A stretch of 64,000 bases of DNA from assembly GCA_963665115.1 (NCBI GenBank), contig OY762007.1:4608001-4672000 (forward strand), read 5' to 3'. The notes under the pieces are model-generated. The model did no database searches and was not told the origin of the DNA. It worked only from the letters and a program-made list of their open reading frames with translations. This document shows, one piece after another, positions 21,415 to 31,836 of the stretch (positions within the stretch are counted from its first letter, which is position 1; every line of letters starts with the position of its first letter). Made by a program: the position numbers and the translations under genes. The DNA comes from an uncultured Rivularia sp. GTDB lineage: Bacteria > Cyanobacteriota > Cyanobacteriia > Cyanobacteriales > Nostocaceae.

Positions 21415-23916
21415 ATGGATGATGAGGCAGTATTGGTATGGTTGGATACCGTAATACCTTCTAAAACTGGAGAACAATTAAGCGAATTAGATAAAATTAT
21501 TCTTCAGCAGGTTTGGCTGGGAAGAAAGTATTTGGAAATTGCTGATTTTTATGGCTGTACTGAGGGACACGCAAAGGATGTGGGTTCTCGGTTATGGAAG
21601 TTACTGTCTAAAGTGATGCGTCAGAAGATTACTAAAAGTAACTGTCGTAGGGTTTTAGAAAAGTGTTTTCGTAAAGCTGGTTCGATATCGGGTTTGTTTG
21701 ATTATCAAATTACGGAAAACCTAACCCCCCAGCCCCCTTCCCTACCAGGGAATGGGGAGAATGAGAATTTAAAGCCTCTCTGCGATACTCAGAAAGGTTT
21801 TTCTGATACCGTAAAAAACTCATTTAAACCAGAAAATATCAATTTTATCGGGAGAAGTGATGCGATAAATAGAATTGATGATTTAATAAATCTTGGTAGT
21901 AAAGTTATTGTGATTCAAGGTGAAGGTGGTTTGGGAAAAACTACTTTGGCTCAACAATATTTGCATTCTCAAGGGTTTGATGTAGTTTTAGAATTGTTGA
22001 TGGCAAAGGAAACTCAAAATATTACTTCAGCGCAACGGGTGGTGGAAGAATGGTTAAAATATGATTTGGCACAAGAGCCTGGTTTGGAATTTGGAGTAAC
22101 TTTAGGAAGATTAAAACGACAACTCCAATCAAAGCAAATTGGAATTTTAATTGATAATTTAGAACCCGCGCTGGATGGAAAAGGACGTTTTATTGCTCCT
22201 CATCGCAACTACATTGAATTATTGCGGATTTTAACTGATGCGAGAATAAATTGTACAACTTTAATTACTAGTAGAGATAGACTTTGCGAACCCGAATTAA
22301 ACGTAACTCACTATCGACTTCCCGGTTTAGATAAATTAGCTTGGCAAAAATATTTTATTAACCGTGAAATAAAGATTGAATTACCAACTTTGCAAAAAAT
22401 TCATCATGCTTACGGTGGCAATGCTAAGGCAATGGGAATTCTTTGCGGTGCAATTCTGGAAGATTTTGATGGTGATGTTACTGCTTATTGGCAAGAAAAT
22501 CATGCAGATCCTTTAGCAGTTACAGATTTAAAAAATTTAGCTGCGAGTCAAATTAACCGCTTGCAAAAACTTGATTCTCAAGCATATCGTTTGCTGTGTC
22601 GTTTGGGATGCTATCGTTACCAAGATGTTTCTACCGTACCAACTTCAGCACTTTTGAGTTTATTATGGGATGTTGAAGCAATAATGCATCGTCAAATAAT
22701 CGCTTCGTTGAAAAACCGCTCATTGATAGAGTGTAATAAAGGTGAATATTGGCTGCATCCCGTAATTCGAGCCGAAGCTATTTCGCGATTGCGATCGAGT
22801 GAAGATTGGGCGATCGCCAATCACAAAGCCGCAGAATTTTGGACGGATAGCATACAAACAATCGAAACTTTTCAAGATGCTTTACAAGCGTTGGAAGCTT
22901 ATTATCACTATATTGAAATTAATCAATTTGAATTAGCCGGGAAGCTGATTATTAAAAGTAGAAACAATCAATGGGGGCAATTTTTACCTCTGGGAAGCAC
23001 TTTATATCGGATGGGTTTGATTCAACCTGTTTTAGATGCCATTAATTATATTATCAATCGTATTGACGACGATACAAAAATTAGCGAACTATATAATATT
23101 TTAGGCGATTTATACTGGATAAGCGGTAAAGTACAGGCTGCAATTGAATATCAAGATAAAACAATTAATTTAGCAAGACAAGCGCTTGAGTCTATAGCTA
23201 ATAAAGAAGAGAACAAACAGGCATTTTATTATTATCGGATGCTTGAAGTTGATTCTTTATTAAGCATCGGACTTTATAAAATTGATTTATGGGAATTATC
23301 AGAATCTGCCGATTTATTTCAACAGGTAATTAATTTAGCTCAAAACACCGCGCATCATCCTTGGGCAGAAAAAGCAGCCGTTTGTTTGTCCTTAGTTAAT
23401 TCTTATTTAAAACAATATCCATCTGCTTATTTACTAGCGGATGAATGTTACAACAACATCACCGCAGAGCCGAATATTGAAAAAACGGCAAGATTTGCTT
23501 ATTTTATTCAAATACTTGGTCAAACTTATGTGAACTTAGCAGATTTTAGTAAAGCCAAGGAAATGTTTTTGATGGCTTTAAAATTTGCCGAAGAAAGTCA
23601 CTATACGCAGGTTAAAGCAAAAAGTTTGAATGGGTTAGCTGAAATATGTCGGAAAAATCACGAATTTGAATTGGCTTTGGAGAATCATTTAGCAGCGATT
23701 GAATTATTAGATAAAATTGGCGCTAAATGCGATTTAGCTGAAGCTTATTTTCAGTTGAGTTTGACTTATAATAATATTGGTAGTGACAGTGAAAGTCGAG
23801 ACAATATTGATAAAGCTATTCGGTTGTTTAAGGAGATAGAATCACCTAAGCAGGTGGAGAAAATCAGCGAGCGATTAGCAGTTAGCAGCGAACTGTTTTC
23901 AAACAATTATTTATAA
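21415..23916 (+). CDS. N-terminal HTH-like domain + NB-ARC/AAA NTPase + TPR protein
   Basis: GEGGLGKTT, ILIDNLE, LITSRD, YWLHPVIR, C-terminal TPRs. Contains an in-frame repeat insert (LTPQPPSLPGNGE). Confidence 0.85.
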   Translation: MDDEAVLVWLDTVIPSKTGEQLSELDKIILQQVWLGRKYLEIADFYGCTEGHAKDVGSRLWKLLSKVMRQKITKSNCRRVLEKCFRKAGSISGLFDYQITENLTPQPPSLPGNGENENLKPLCDTQKGFSDTVKNSFKPENINFIGRSDAINRIDDLINLGSKVIVIQGEGGLGKTTLAQQYLHSQGFDVVLELLMAKETQNITSAQRVVEEWLKYDLAQEPGLEFGVTLGRLKRQLQSKQIGILIDNLEPALDGKGRFIAPHRNYIELLRILTDARINCTTLITSRDRLCEPELNVTHYRLPGLDKLAWQKYFINREIKIELPTLQKIHHAYGGNAKAMGILCGAILEDFDGDVTAYWQENHADPLAVTDLKNLAASQINRLQKLDSQAYRLLCRLGCYRYQDVSTVPTSALLSLLWDVEAIMHRQIIASLKNRSLIECNKGEYWLHPVIRAEAISRLRSSEDWAIANHKAAEFWTDSIQTIETFQDALQALEAYYHYIEINQFELAGKLIIKSRNNQWGQFLPLGSTLYRMGLIQPVLDAINYIINRIDDDTKISELYNILGDLYWISGKVQAAIEYQDKTINLARQALESIANKEENKQAFYYYRMLEVDSLLSIGLYKIDLWELSESADLFQQVINLAQNTAHHPWAEKAAVCLSLVNSYLKQYPSAYLLADECYNNITAEPNIEKTARFAYFIQILGQTYVNLADFSKAKEMFLMALKFAEESHYTQVKAKSLNGLAEICRKNHEFELALENHLAAIELLDKIGAKCDLAEAYFQLSLTYNNIGSDSESRDNIDKAIRLFKEIESPKQVEKISERLAVSSELFSNNYL

Positions 23917-23956
23917 CTGAAACATGAGTTTTTTGTAATTATTAACATAATATTTG

Positions 23957-24101
23957 TGGCGTTGCTAAATTGACATATGAATTTATTTTTCTCATATTTA
24001 CTAGCCCCCTAAATCTCCCAATTTTGGGGGACTTTAAATTATTTTTCTCCCCCAGAATTGGGGATTGGGGGGCTTCGGCATACTTTTAATCAGCAACGCC
24101 A
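23957..24101. mobile_element. Short MITE-like element
   Basis: Terminal inverted repeats TGGCGTTGCT...AGCAACGCCA, with internal C-rich/G-rich palindromes. Confidence 0.6.
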
Positions 24102-24354
24102 AATTTTCTATTATTTAGGAATAGAGATAGCAAAATAAGCGTTTCTAATGTAATAGTAAATTTAGGCGTGTTTAAAAACAAAAATAATGAAAAAGCGTAT
24201 CGCCTTGAGTGCGCCTGCTGAAAAAAATGGTGTGTATGGTTAAGCGAGCGATAAGATTCTATTGATAAATCTTAAATATAAAAGTGAATTTAAAATCGGC
24301 GAAGTAGGAGCAGTTGTCAGGAGCAAAAAACTGTTAACTGACAACCGTTAAATA

Positions 24355-24831
24355 CTAAGCACCTTGTAATCTAGCGAAGCCAAAGGTAACGTTAAACTCT
24401 TCACACCAAATTGCTACAGATTTGAAGTCATCTAAATCAAAGTTGGCTGGAATTTCATAACGTTGAGCGCCATCGAAGCGTTGTAAGTTAGCCAGAGTTA
24501 CATAATTTTTTTCTTGTAAGTTGACGGGTACGGTGCTTTTGCGGTGTAAAACAACTCTTACTTTCGGTCCGCGTGCGGTGGTAAATCCTTTACTGAATTC
24601 CAAATAGCGCTTACCATTCTTCTCAACAATTTTAGCCGTACCGTTGGTGGGGTGGTCTTGTTCGGTGGTAACAAAGCTACCGGATGCAATCAGTGATTGT
24701 GATTTTGCTGCAATTACACTTCGTCCCGCTCTTTGTGCCTGTACTGGTTGTGCATTGAGTGCTAACTGTCCGACGCTACCGAATAATACGATTGATGCGA
24801 TTCCGAATCCAGCTAATTTGTTGAGTTTCAT
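24355..24831 (-). CDS. DM13 domain secreted protein
   Basis: Signal peptide, HPTNGTA, GPKVRVVL, SVAIWCEEFNVTFG. Confidence 0.85.
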   Translation of the reverse strand: MKLNKLAGFGIASIVLFGSVGQLALNAQPVQAQRAGRSVIAAKSQSLIASGSFVTTEQDHPTNGTAKIVEKNGKRYLEFSKGFTTARGPKVRVVLHRKSTVPVNLQEKNYVTLANLQRFDGAQRYEIPANFDLDDFKSVAIWCEEFNVTFGFARLQGA

Positions 24832-24966
24832 TTGTAGTTACCTCGTGTTGGTTGTTTCTCCGTCCTTAATTACTAATATGAGGGATGAAGCTGAGGTGGT
24901 AGTGAATGATAACTGAGGTAGCGGTAAGAGTTATCTGAGAAAACTGAGAGTTAACAGCTTGTATGT

Positions 24967-26526
24967 TCACGCCCGAATCACAGTAATAGCCCGTTGATTT
25001 TCAGTAGTCACAACCTTGGTTGATAAACGTTCTTCTATTGGTAATGCATTTTTACGTCTGTCAAATACGAGTAACCAACCTTCATTTAATCCCAAACGTG
25101 CTAAATATGATTCTAATTGTTCGATTCCTTCGGCTTGGGGGTCACGTTTTTTTTCACGCCACACTTTTAATTCAATTCCAAGAGTAGTAGAACCATACCT
25201 TAAACATAAATCCATCCTGTCACTACCGATTGCATATTCCCGTTCTAAGGTACCACCACCATTAACAACGCGATGCAAGAAAGCCATTAATACTAAATGA
25301 GGTGCGATTTCGTGATAGCCAGTGCTACCTAATAATGGTTCTCCATGCTGTCGCCAGAATTTAATAAAAGCTTCTAATAAAGCATTTTTATTTAATTCCC
25401 CTTCTGGAGTTAGCCAAGTCGGTGCAATCATAGGTAGAGAAGCCATTGGTGTTACCGTTAATACTCTCGGTAAAACCTCGCGATAAATTGGGTTTGCAAT
25501 TGTTAATCCACCTTGGGGATGCATGATACACAAACCCAAGTCAATTACAAATTGAATATCATCATTGGGAATATCTCCTAATTCCAAACCAGCTAAAATT
25601 GGTTCGATAATTGCTTTAATTCTTGGTTCCCGCAAGCGTTCAGCTAAACTATCAAGATGGGTATCTCGACGAGCAATTAATATTTCTTTTGCTTGTAAAA
25701 TATGCTCTTTAGTAATAGGAATATTTCTATCCTTAACCATTTTTTCCACAACTTCTTTAGCTAAAGCATTAACTAACCAAGGTTGTCCCTGAGTTAAATC
25801 AAAAGCTGTTGCGCTGGCTTCTGGTGTGAAAATTTGTCCGGTATCTTCAGTATGTTGTTGGTATAATTCTGCGACTTCTTCAGCGTTAAAGTTTCTTAGG
25901 GTTATAGAACTAACTTTGATATTAAAAGGGCTGGATGTATTTAATCTGTCACTCCCACCGGATGCAACTTTGTAATCTCGCACATCTCTTAAACCTATTA
26001 AACCTACAGAAGAGGGAAAATTTTCTGGACGATTGGGAAAACCATCTCGTAATTGGCGTAAAACTGAAATCAAAGTATCATCTTGCAGGGAATCGATTTC
26101 ATCAATAAATATTACCAAAGGTTTCGTTGAAGATTTTGCCCAGGCTTGACAAAAAGCTCGAATTCTGCGTCCTGGTTCTTCTTTTTGCCATTGATTGAGA
26201 ACGGGTGGTTGCAATTCATCGGGCAATCGAATCGAAATTGTATCGTACCAAGTTCCCAAAATAGCCAATTCTGCCGCACCTGGATCGTGATTAAAAGCAC
26301 TTCCCACTTCCACCGATACCATTACTGCTGTGTAGCGTCCACTTGCAGTAAGCTGTTGCGCTAAAGCTAACATTGCCGTAGTTTTACCAGTTTGACGGGG
26401 TGCATGAACGACAAAATAGCTTTCTTGTTCGATAAGCATTGACAAATCAGGTAGCCGACTTGTCGGTGGTAGCATATAGTGTTTGTCTGCTTTACACGGA
26501 CCTGCAATGTTAAACCAGCGAGACAT
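24967..26526 (-). CDS. AAA-like ATPase with C-terminal PD-(D/E)xK nuclease-like domain
   Basis: HAPRQTGKTT, IFIDEID, C-terminal REYAIGSDRMDL...IELK...QLESY. Confidence 0.85.
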   Translation of the reverse strand: MSRWFNIAGPCKADKHYMLPPTSRLPDLSMLIEQESYFVVHAPRQTGKTTAMLALAQQLTASGRYTAVMVSVEVGSAFNHDPGAAELAILGTWYDTISIRLPDELQPPVLNQWQKEEPGRRIRAFCQAWAKSSTKPLVIFIDEIDSLQDDTLISVLRQLRDGFPNRPENFPSSVGLIGLRDVRDYKVASGGSDRLNTSSPFNIKVSSITLRNFNAEEVAELYQQHTEDTGQIFTPEASATAFDLTQGQPWLVNALAKEVVEKMVKDRNIPITKEHILQAKEILIARRDTHLDSLAERLREPRIKAIIEPILAGLELGDIPNDDIQFVIDLGLCIMHPQGGLTIANPIYREVLPRVLTVTPMASLPMIAPTWLTPEGELNKNALLEAFIKFWRQHGEPLLGSTGYHEIAPHLVLMAFLHRVVNGGGTLEREYAIGSDRMDLCLRYGSTTLGIELKVWREKKRDPQAEGIEQLESYLARLGLNEGWLLVFDRRKNALPIEERLSTKVVTTENQRAITVIRA

Positions 26527-26612
26527 GAGTGTAGAGAATTAGCGGACACTTTGAGTTTAGACGATTTTGGGGAAGGGGATTGATATTTTAACCTGGCGAT
26601 TGAATATGCTGC

Positions 26613-26642
26613 ACTCATGCTGAGTATGACAAAGTAGATGCC
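26613..26642 (+). pseudogene. higB: Remnant 3' end of a HigB-type toxin gene
   Basis: ACT CAT GCT GAG TAT GAC AAA GTA GAT GCC encodes THAEYDKVDA, the typical HigB C-terminus, directly upstream of higA. The rest of the gene is missing. Confidence 0.7.
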
Positions 26643-26669
26643 GCAAACAATCCAAACAGAGGTTAATCT

Positions 26670-27047
26670 ATGGAAATACGCCCAATTAGGACTAAAACTG
26701 ACCATCAAGAAGCTCTTCGAGAGATTGAGTTGCTGTTTGATGCTGCCGAGAATACACCTTCTGGCGATCGCCTAGACATCCTTAGTACTCTCGTAGAAGC
26801 TTATGAGAAAACACATTTTCCGATTGAACTACCCGATCCGATTGAGGCAATTCATTATTATATGGATACTCGTGGTTTATCTCGTCGTGATTTGGAATCA
26901 TGTCTAGGCAGTAGAGCAAGGGTATCTGAGGTTTTATCTCGTAAACGCACCTTAACTTTAGAGATGATTCGGAAGTTAAATCAAGAATTAAAGATTCCGG
27001 CTGAAATTCTTATCCAACCCTATGAGTCAAAACAAGTCTCCGCATAA
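26670..27047 (+). CDS. higA: HigA-type HTH antitoxin
   Basis: IRPIRT..DHQEAL, LVEAYE...PDPIEAI, SRARVSEVLSRKRTLTLEMIRKL. Confidence 0.85.
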   Translation: MEIRPIRTKTDHQEALREIELLFDAAENTPSGDRLDILSTLVEAYEKTHFPIELPDPIEAIHYYMDTRGLSRRDLESCLGSRARVSEVLSRKRTLTLEMIRKLNQELKIPAEILIQPYESKQVSA

Positions 27048-27100
27048 TAAAGCGATAATGCACCCGGCAGGTGATAGGCAAAGTTAACAATTTAAAGCCT

Positions 27101-27397
27101 TTAGGCGATCGCACCACGCCAAGCCCCCAAAATTGCTAATTCTGCGGCGCTGGGGTCATTGTTAAAGGCACTTCCCACTTCTGCGGATAACATCACTGCT
27201 GCATAACGTCTGGTTGCGGTAAGTTGTTGCGCTAATGCCAACATTGCCGTAGTTTTACCAGTTTGACGGGGTGCGTGAAGGACAAAATAGCTTTCTTGTT
27301 CGATAAGCATTGACAAATCGGGTAGCCGACTTGTCGGTGAAAGCATATAGTGTTTGTCTGCTTTACAGGGATCTGCAATATTAAACCAGCGAGACAT
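27101..27397 (-). pseudogene. Truncated duplicate of the 5' end of the AAA ATPase at 24967-26526
   Basis: Near-identical MSRWFNIA...HAPRQTGKTT...AAELAILG, ending at a HIP1 site (27105-27112). Confidence 0.85.
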
Positions 27398-27647
27398 GGG
27401 GTGTAGGGAGTTAGCGGACACTTTGAGTTTAGATGATTTTGGGGAAGGGGTTGATATTTTAAGCTGGCGATTGAAATCGCGGCTACACAGGCAAAACCCG
27501 CCTGCGCGGGTTAATCATTAAGTTGGTTTAAGTGGGTGTAGTTTGACTACAAGATTAGATACAGCGGGAAATACGGTCAATTATGGAGCAGTACCGGATA
27601 CATTTTTTATCGAATAGAATCGTGAATGTTGCGATCGCAGGTGGTGC

Positions 27648-28442
27648 ATGACTACTCGAAATTTCAAACGAGCATACAATCAGCTAGAAGTATGCATGGG
27701 AGACTTCGCTAAGAAAAATGGTGAAATATATGTTCCTAATATAGTTCCAGAAAGTCCAGCAGATTATATTTTTATATGTATGGAACCTTCATTGGGTGAA
27801 TGGGCAAAAAATCGCGATGATGCAGAAAGCAAATTAAGAGATGGATTCAGGAACTTTCTTGATGGCTTTAATACAATGATATTGCACTACGCCATACGTA
27901 ATTATCTTTGTAAAGACAATCAAACTTACCATATTACCGACCTTTCAAAAGGAGCGATGCTTGTTAAAGATGCAGATAATAATAGGATAAAAAGATACGA
28001 AAATTGGTATCCTTTATTGTTACATGAAATGAACTTAGTTGCTTTTAGTAACGTAATGGTTTTTGCTATAGGCTCTCATGTTGTAAATTTTCTTCAAAGA
28101 AAACAATTTCCTTGGGATTTTACACAATTAATTCATTACTCAGGTCAAGCTGTTAGCCATTGGGATAAACCTATCCAAGAAAATGAAGAAGATTTTAAGC
28201 GATTTCAGGATACAGTTACTGATGAGGATTTTTTGAATAATGCCAAAGCTGTTATCGAAAGTTCAAAAGTACCTCTAGTAATCGGTAAACGGGCACTTGA
28301 AAGATTAAGCAAATCGAATCTTACACTTTCAAGACGTAAGCTAATGTTTAACTACAAGTTGATTTTCGATGCAGTACGTTACAAAAATAGTCCCTACACA
28401 GAGCGTGGAGGTGCAGAAATAGATAGTTATTGCATGAGTTAA
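27648..28442 (+). CDS. Hypothetical protein, possibly uracil-DNA glycosylase-like fold
   Basis: Motif order IFICMEPS / YHITDLSKG / FAIG / LIHYS resembles UDG-superfamily motifs. Confidence 0.5.
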   Translation: MTTRNFKRAYNQLEVCMGDFAKKNGEIYVPNIVPESPADYIFICMEPSLGEWAKNRDDAESKLRDGFRNFLDGFNTMILHYAIRNYLCKDNQTYHITDLSKGAMLVKDADNNRIKRYENWYPLLLHEMNLVAFSNVMVFAIGSHVVNFLQRKQFPWDFTQLIHYSGQAVSHWDKPIQENEEDFKRFQDTVTDEDFLNNAKAVIESSKVPLVIGKRALERLSKSNLTLSRRKLMFNYKLIFDAVRYKNSPYTERGGAEIDSYCMS

Positions 28443-28656
28443 ATAGGAGATTATCATAAAAATATTTTCAATTTACAACCTAATCTAAGTGTTTATAAAA
28501 TAATTTATTAGTAAGGTGTGTTACAGCTTTTTAGAGGATGTTTTTAAAGTCGGATTTAATACCTTCCCTGTGTGGGGTTTTCTCTCTTGCCTGATTCGGC
28601 ATTGTGCCTCAAATATCGGATAATCACAAATGTACTTAAACTTAAGGGTTAACTGA

Positions 28657-29656
28657 ATGCTATGGTTCGTTGCGTCTCTTGGGGTAGTGATTGTAGTAAT
28701 TGGATTTGGAGCCATCTATCAAGCACTTGCTACAAATCGCGATCGTCGAAGGTTTCTGCCACCTGGAAAGGTAGTTCAAATTAACGGCAAAAACTGGCAT
28801 TATCAAGTGATGGGTGAAGGTAGCCCAACAGTTATCGTCGATAGTGGAACCGGAGGTACTCATCTAGATTGGCAATTAGTGCAGCCCGAAGTTGCCAAAT
28901 TTACAAGAATCTTGACCTACGATCGAGCAGGCTATGGCTGGAGTGATTTAAGTTCAGAACAACGTACTGCTGAACAAGTCGTTGGTGAATTGCGGCAGCT
29001 TTTGAGAGAGATTGAAGTTGAGCCACCCTATATCTTAGTAGGAATGTCTTTAGGTGGTTTATTTAGTCGCTTATTTACCTATGACTATCCAGAAGAAGTG
29101 GCTGGGATGGTTTTAGTGGATGTCGCTCATGAGAGAATGTATGAGGATACACAGACCGAATGGGTTGAATTAAACAAACGATTGGAAGGGCTGTTAACTC
29201 ACTTGGTGCCAATTATAGTTCGTATTGGTCTGCTTCGTTTGCTTGTCGCTTTTGATTCTCTGCCGATGGCGGCTGGTTTATTCCAAAAATTTCCACCTTC
29301 AACACGACCCTCTTGCTAAAGCACTCTATTCTCAAACTCAGTTTGGAAAAACCTTTGCTCAAGAATCGGCTGCGGTATCAATCAGCATGAGCCAGGTTGA
29401 GCAAGCACGTCAAATAAAGTCGTTTCCAGATATTCCTCTTATTGTTTTGTCGGCTGGAAAACCAGCCTTCGACATCACACAAGAGGTGCTTGAGAAGTTG
29501 CAAGAGTTACATGCAGATCTAGCCAATGATTCGCCACAAGGCGTTCACATTGTTGCTCACGAAAGTGGGCATGCAATACACCTCGACAAACCAGAATTAG
29601 TCATTGATGCAGTTCGTCAAGTTGTTGAAAAAGTGCATTGCAGTAGCGCCATATAA
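28657..29656 (+). CDS. Alpha/beta hydrolase; apparent +1 frameshift at 29308-29310
   Basis: YDRAGYGWS, nucleophile motif GMSLGG, and SGHAIH in the second ORF. Removing one C gives TRPLAKALYSQ. Confidence 0.85.
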
Positions 29657-29715
29657 CCCTGGTGCAGCGGACTGCATAAAGTACTTGTGGTGTTGCAAAG
29701 GTATTGCCGTCACCA

Positions 29716-29891
29716 CCATCACCCCCTGCTAAAGAAATCATCAAAACCGCAATAATCTTCAATCCAAAGCGAGAAGCAAGAAAGTCTGCCAAAAGAAGGA
29801 ATGGCTGCTGGTACGATCGCACTCGGTATTGGTTGCGGTGTTAACCAAATTGTCAGCGGAAATATCGGAGCTAAGGCAATACCAATTAAAG
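29716..29891 (-). pseudogene. Degenerate copy of the 3' end of the MFS gene at 30502-31653
   Basis: LIGIALAPIFPLTIWLTPQ is identical to the MFS protein. The copy has an internal deletion and a frameshift. Confidence 0.8.
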
Positions 29892-29932
29892 TTAAAATTG
29901 AGATGTAATATTTAACGGCAATCTTCATTAAT

Positions 29933-30235
29933 ATGACGAACCAGTCTAGCTCACCTCCAACTACTCTCGAAGTGCTGCTTCATGAAATCGAAGCTACTCC
30001 TAGAGAGTATTGGTCAGATTTACTAGATACTTTGCGCGAGTTTCGACAAAATATTCCATCAACCGCTTCACCCGTTATCGATGCCGAGCAAGCGCAGAAA
30101 AATCAAGCAGCGATCGAGCTTCTAGATTCCTTGCTGGATGATACTGAAGATGCCTCGGAACATCAGCAAACTTGGGATTTTTTGAAAACTGCTTTGGATG
30201 AAGATAGGTTATCTAATCGCCCCTTATTCCCATGA
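29933..30235 (+). CDS. Putative antitoxin
   Basis: KNQAAIELLDS...EHQQTWDFLKTALDEDR. Overlaps a PIN-like gene via ATGA. Confidence 0.65.
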   Translation: MTNQSSSPPTTLEVLLHEIEATPREYWSDLLDTLREFRQNIPSTASPVIDAEQAQKNQAAIELLDSLLDDTEDASEHQQTWDFLKTALDEDRLSNRPLFP

Positions 30236-30453
30236 ATCGTTTGATTTTACTCGATTCTGGACCTTTGGGAATGGTTACGAATCCGAAAGCTACGGGTACT
30301 CCCCTTGATTGTCAACTTTGGCTAAAATCCCTCTTACGACGCGGAGAAAGGTTTGCTATTCCAGAAATTTCAGATTATGAAGTTCGTCTTAAAGTTAGAT
30401 ATATTTGCCTAAATTTTCCGATAAAAACATCCCATCCATTTTTCTACGGTTGA
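30232..30453 (+). pseudogene. Truncated PIN/VapC-type toxin
   Basis: ILLDSGPLG...IPEISDYEVR followed by unrelated sequence. About half of a PIN domain. Confidence 0.7.
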
Positions 30454-30501
30454 GGTTCAATTTCTTTGAAAGAAAAATCCTATCCTCCGAATAAACATTG
30501 T

Positions 30502-31653
30502 TCACTGCTCACTGCTCACTGTTGACTGATTAACCATCCCCCGATGCAAAACCAACATCACCCCAGCTAAAGGAATCATCAAAACTGGAATAACCTCCAA
30601 TCCAAATCGAGATGCAAAAAACCCAGCTAAAGAAGGAATTGCTGCTGCTCCCAAACTTGCCGAACTTGTAATAAAACCAATCGCAGCCGGTACAATCGCT
30701 GTAGGAATCCATTGCGGTGTTAACCAAATAGTCAGCGGAAATATCGGCGCTAAAGCAATACCAATTAAAGGCAAACTAAATAATTGATTTGGCAATAACC
30801 ACCAAGCAATCAAACTTAAACTTAATAATATTAAACTATAATTCAAAGTCCGATTTGCTCCCCACAATTTAACAAATCGTCCGCTGATAAAACGTCCTAA
30901 AGTTAATCCCAACCAGTAAGCACTAACGCTATAACCTGCGATTAATGTTGGGGTATTTCTACTAATATGTTGAACGCTATAAGCCCAGTTTCCTACAGAT
31001 GCTTCTGTTCCCACGTAAACTGCTAACAATAAACCAGCTAGTAAAACTGTATGTGTTTTCAAGGCTTCACCCAAATTTGCAGAAGCAGTTTTATCCGATT
31101 TAATTCTCTTAGTTAATGGTTTGAAATCGGATATCACAGCCCATAACATCCCAAATACCATTAATCCGACAACCGCAGCAAAAACCAGATAAACACTGCG
31201 CCAAGGTAAGTTTACCGCTAATAACGTAGTGGCGATCGCCGGTCCTAAAAGTGCCCCAATTCCATAAAAACCGTGCAGCCATCCCATCAAATCCGCTTGA
31301 TTTCGGTTGGCAATATAGCTGTTAATCCCCGCATCAATTAAGCCAATTCCCAAACCCAGCAACGAGCCAGCAGCAACCATCAACCACCAAAACGGACTAA
31401 AAGCGTAGACTATTAAAGCAAATGTCAGGCTTGTGGATGCTAACAATAACATCCTTGCTAAACCGATGCGGCTGCTTAAGATACTGCTAGCTAAAGCGGC
31501 AAAAATATAACCCGTAACTTGACTCAGAAAAAGTAGGGTAATGTTGGCTGAAGTTAGATTGTAAGTTTCACCGATTGAGGGAATGAGAACACCCAAACCA
31601 CCTTCGGCAATACCGATTGCTATGAATGCGTAGAAAGATATTAGGATTGCCAT
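30502..31653 (-). CDS. MFS transporter (FucP/TsgA-like)
   Basis: About 12 hydrophobic helices, LHGFYGIGALLGP, VYVGTEASVGNW. Confidence 0.9.
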   Translation of the reverse strand: MAILISFYAFIAIGIAEGGLGVLIPSIGETYNLTSANITLLFLSQVTGYIFAALASSILSSRIGLARMLLLASTSLTFALIVYAFSPFWWLMVAAGSLLGLGIGLIDAGINSYIANRNQADLMGWLHGFYGIGALLGPAIATTLLAVNLPWRSVYLVFAAVVGLMVFGMLWAVISDFKPLTKRIKSDKTASANLGEALKTHTVLLAGLLLAVYVGTEASVGNWAYSVQHISRNTPTLIAGYSVSAYWLGLTLGRFISGRFVKLWGANRTLNYSLILLSLSLIAWWLLPNQLFSLPLIGIALAPIFPLTIWLTPQWIPTAIVPAAIGFITSSASLGAAAIPSLAGFFASRFGLEVIPVLMIPLAGVMLVLHRGMVNQSTVSSEQ

Positions 31654-31836
31654 GAGGAGAAAGAGTTATGAGTTATGAGTTAAAAATTATTCCACCATTT
31701 GTAGTGGGAGCCAGAATGCTCCCTGGTAATTCAATATCTTTCTTTCTTGTTATCCAATCCCCAGTGCCCCACGCCCAATTACCAATTACTAATTATTACT
31801 CAATATTTTTGGCGCTAAAGCGCAACTACGAACCAA

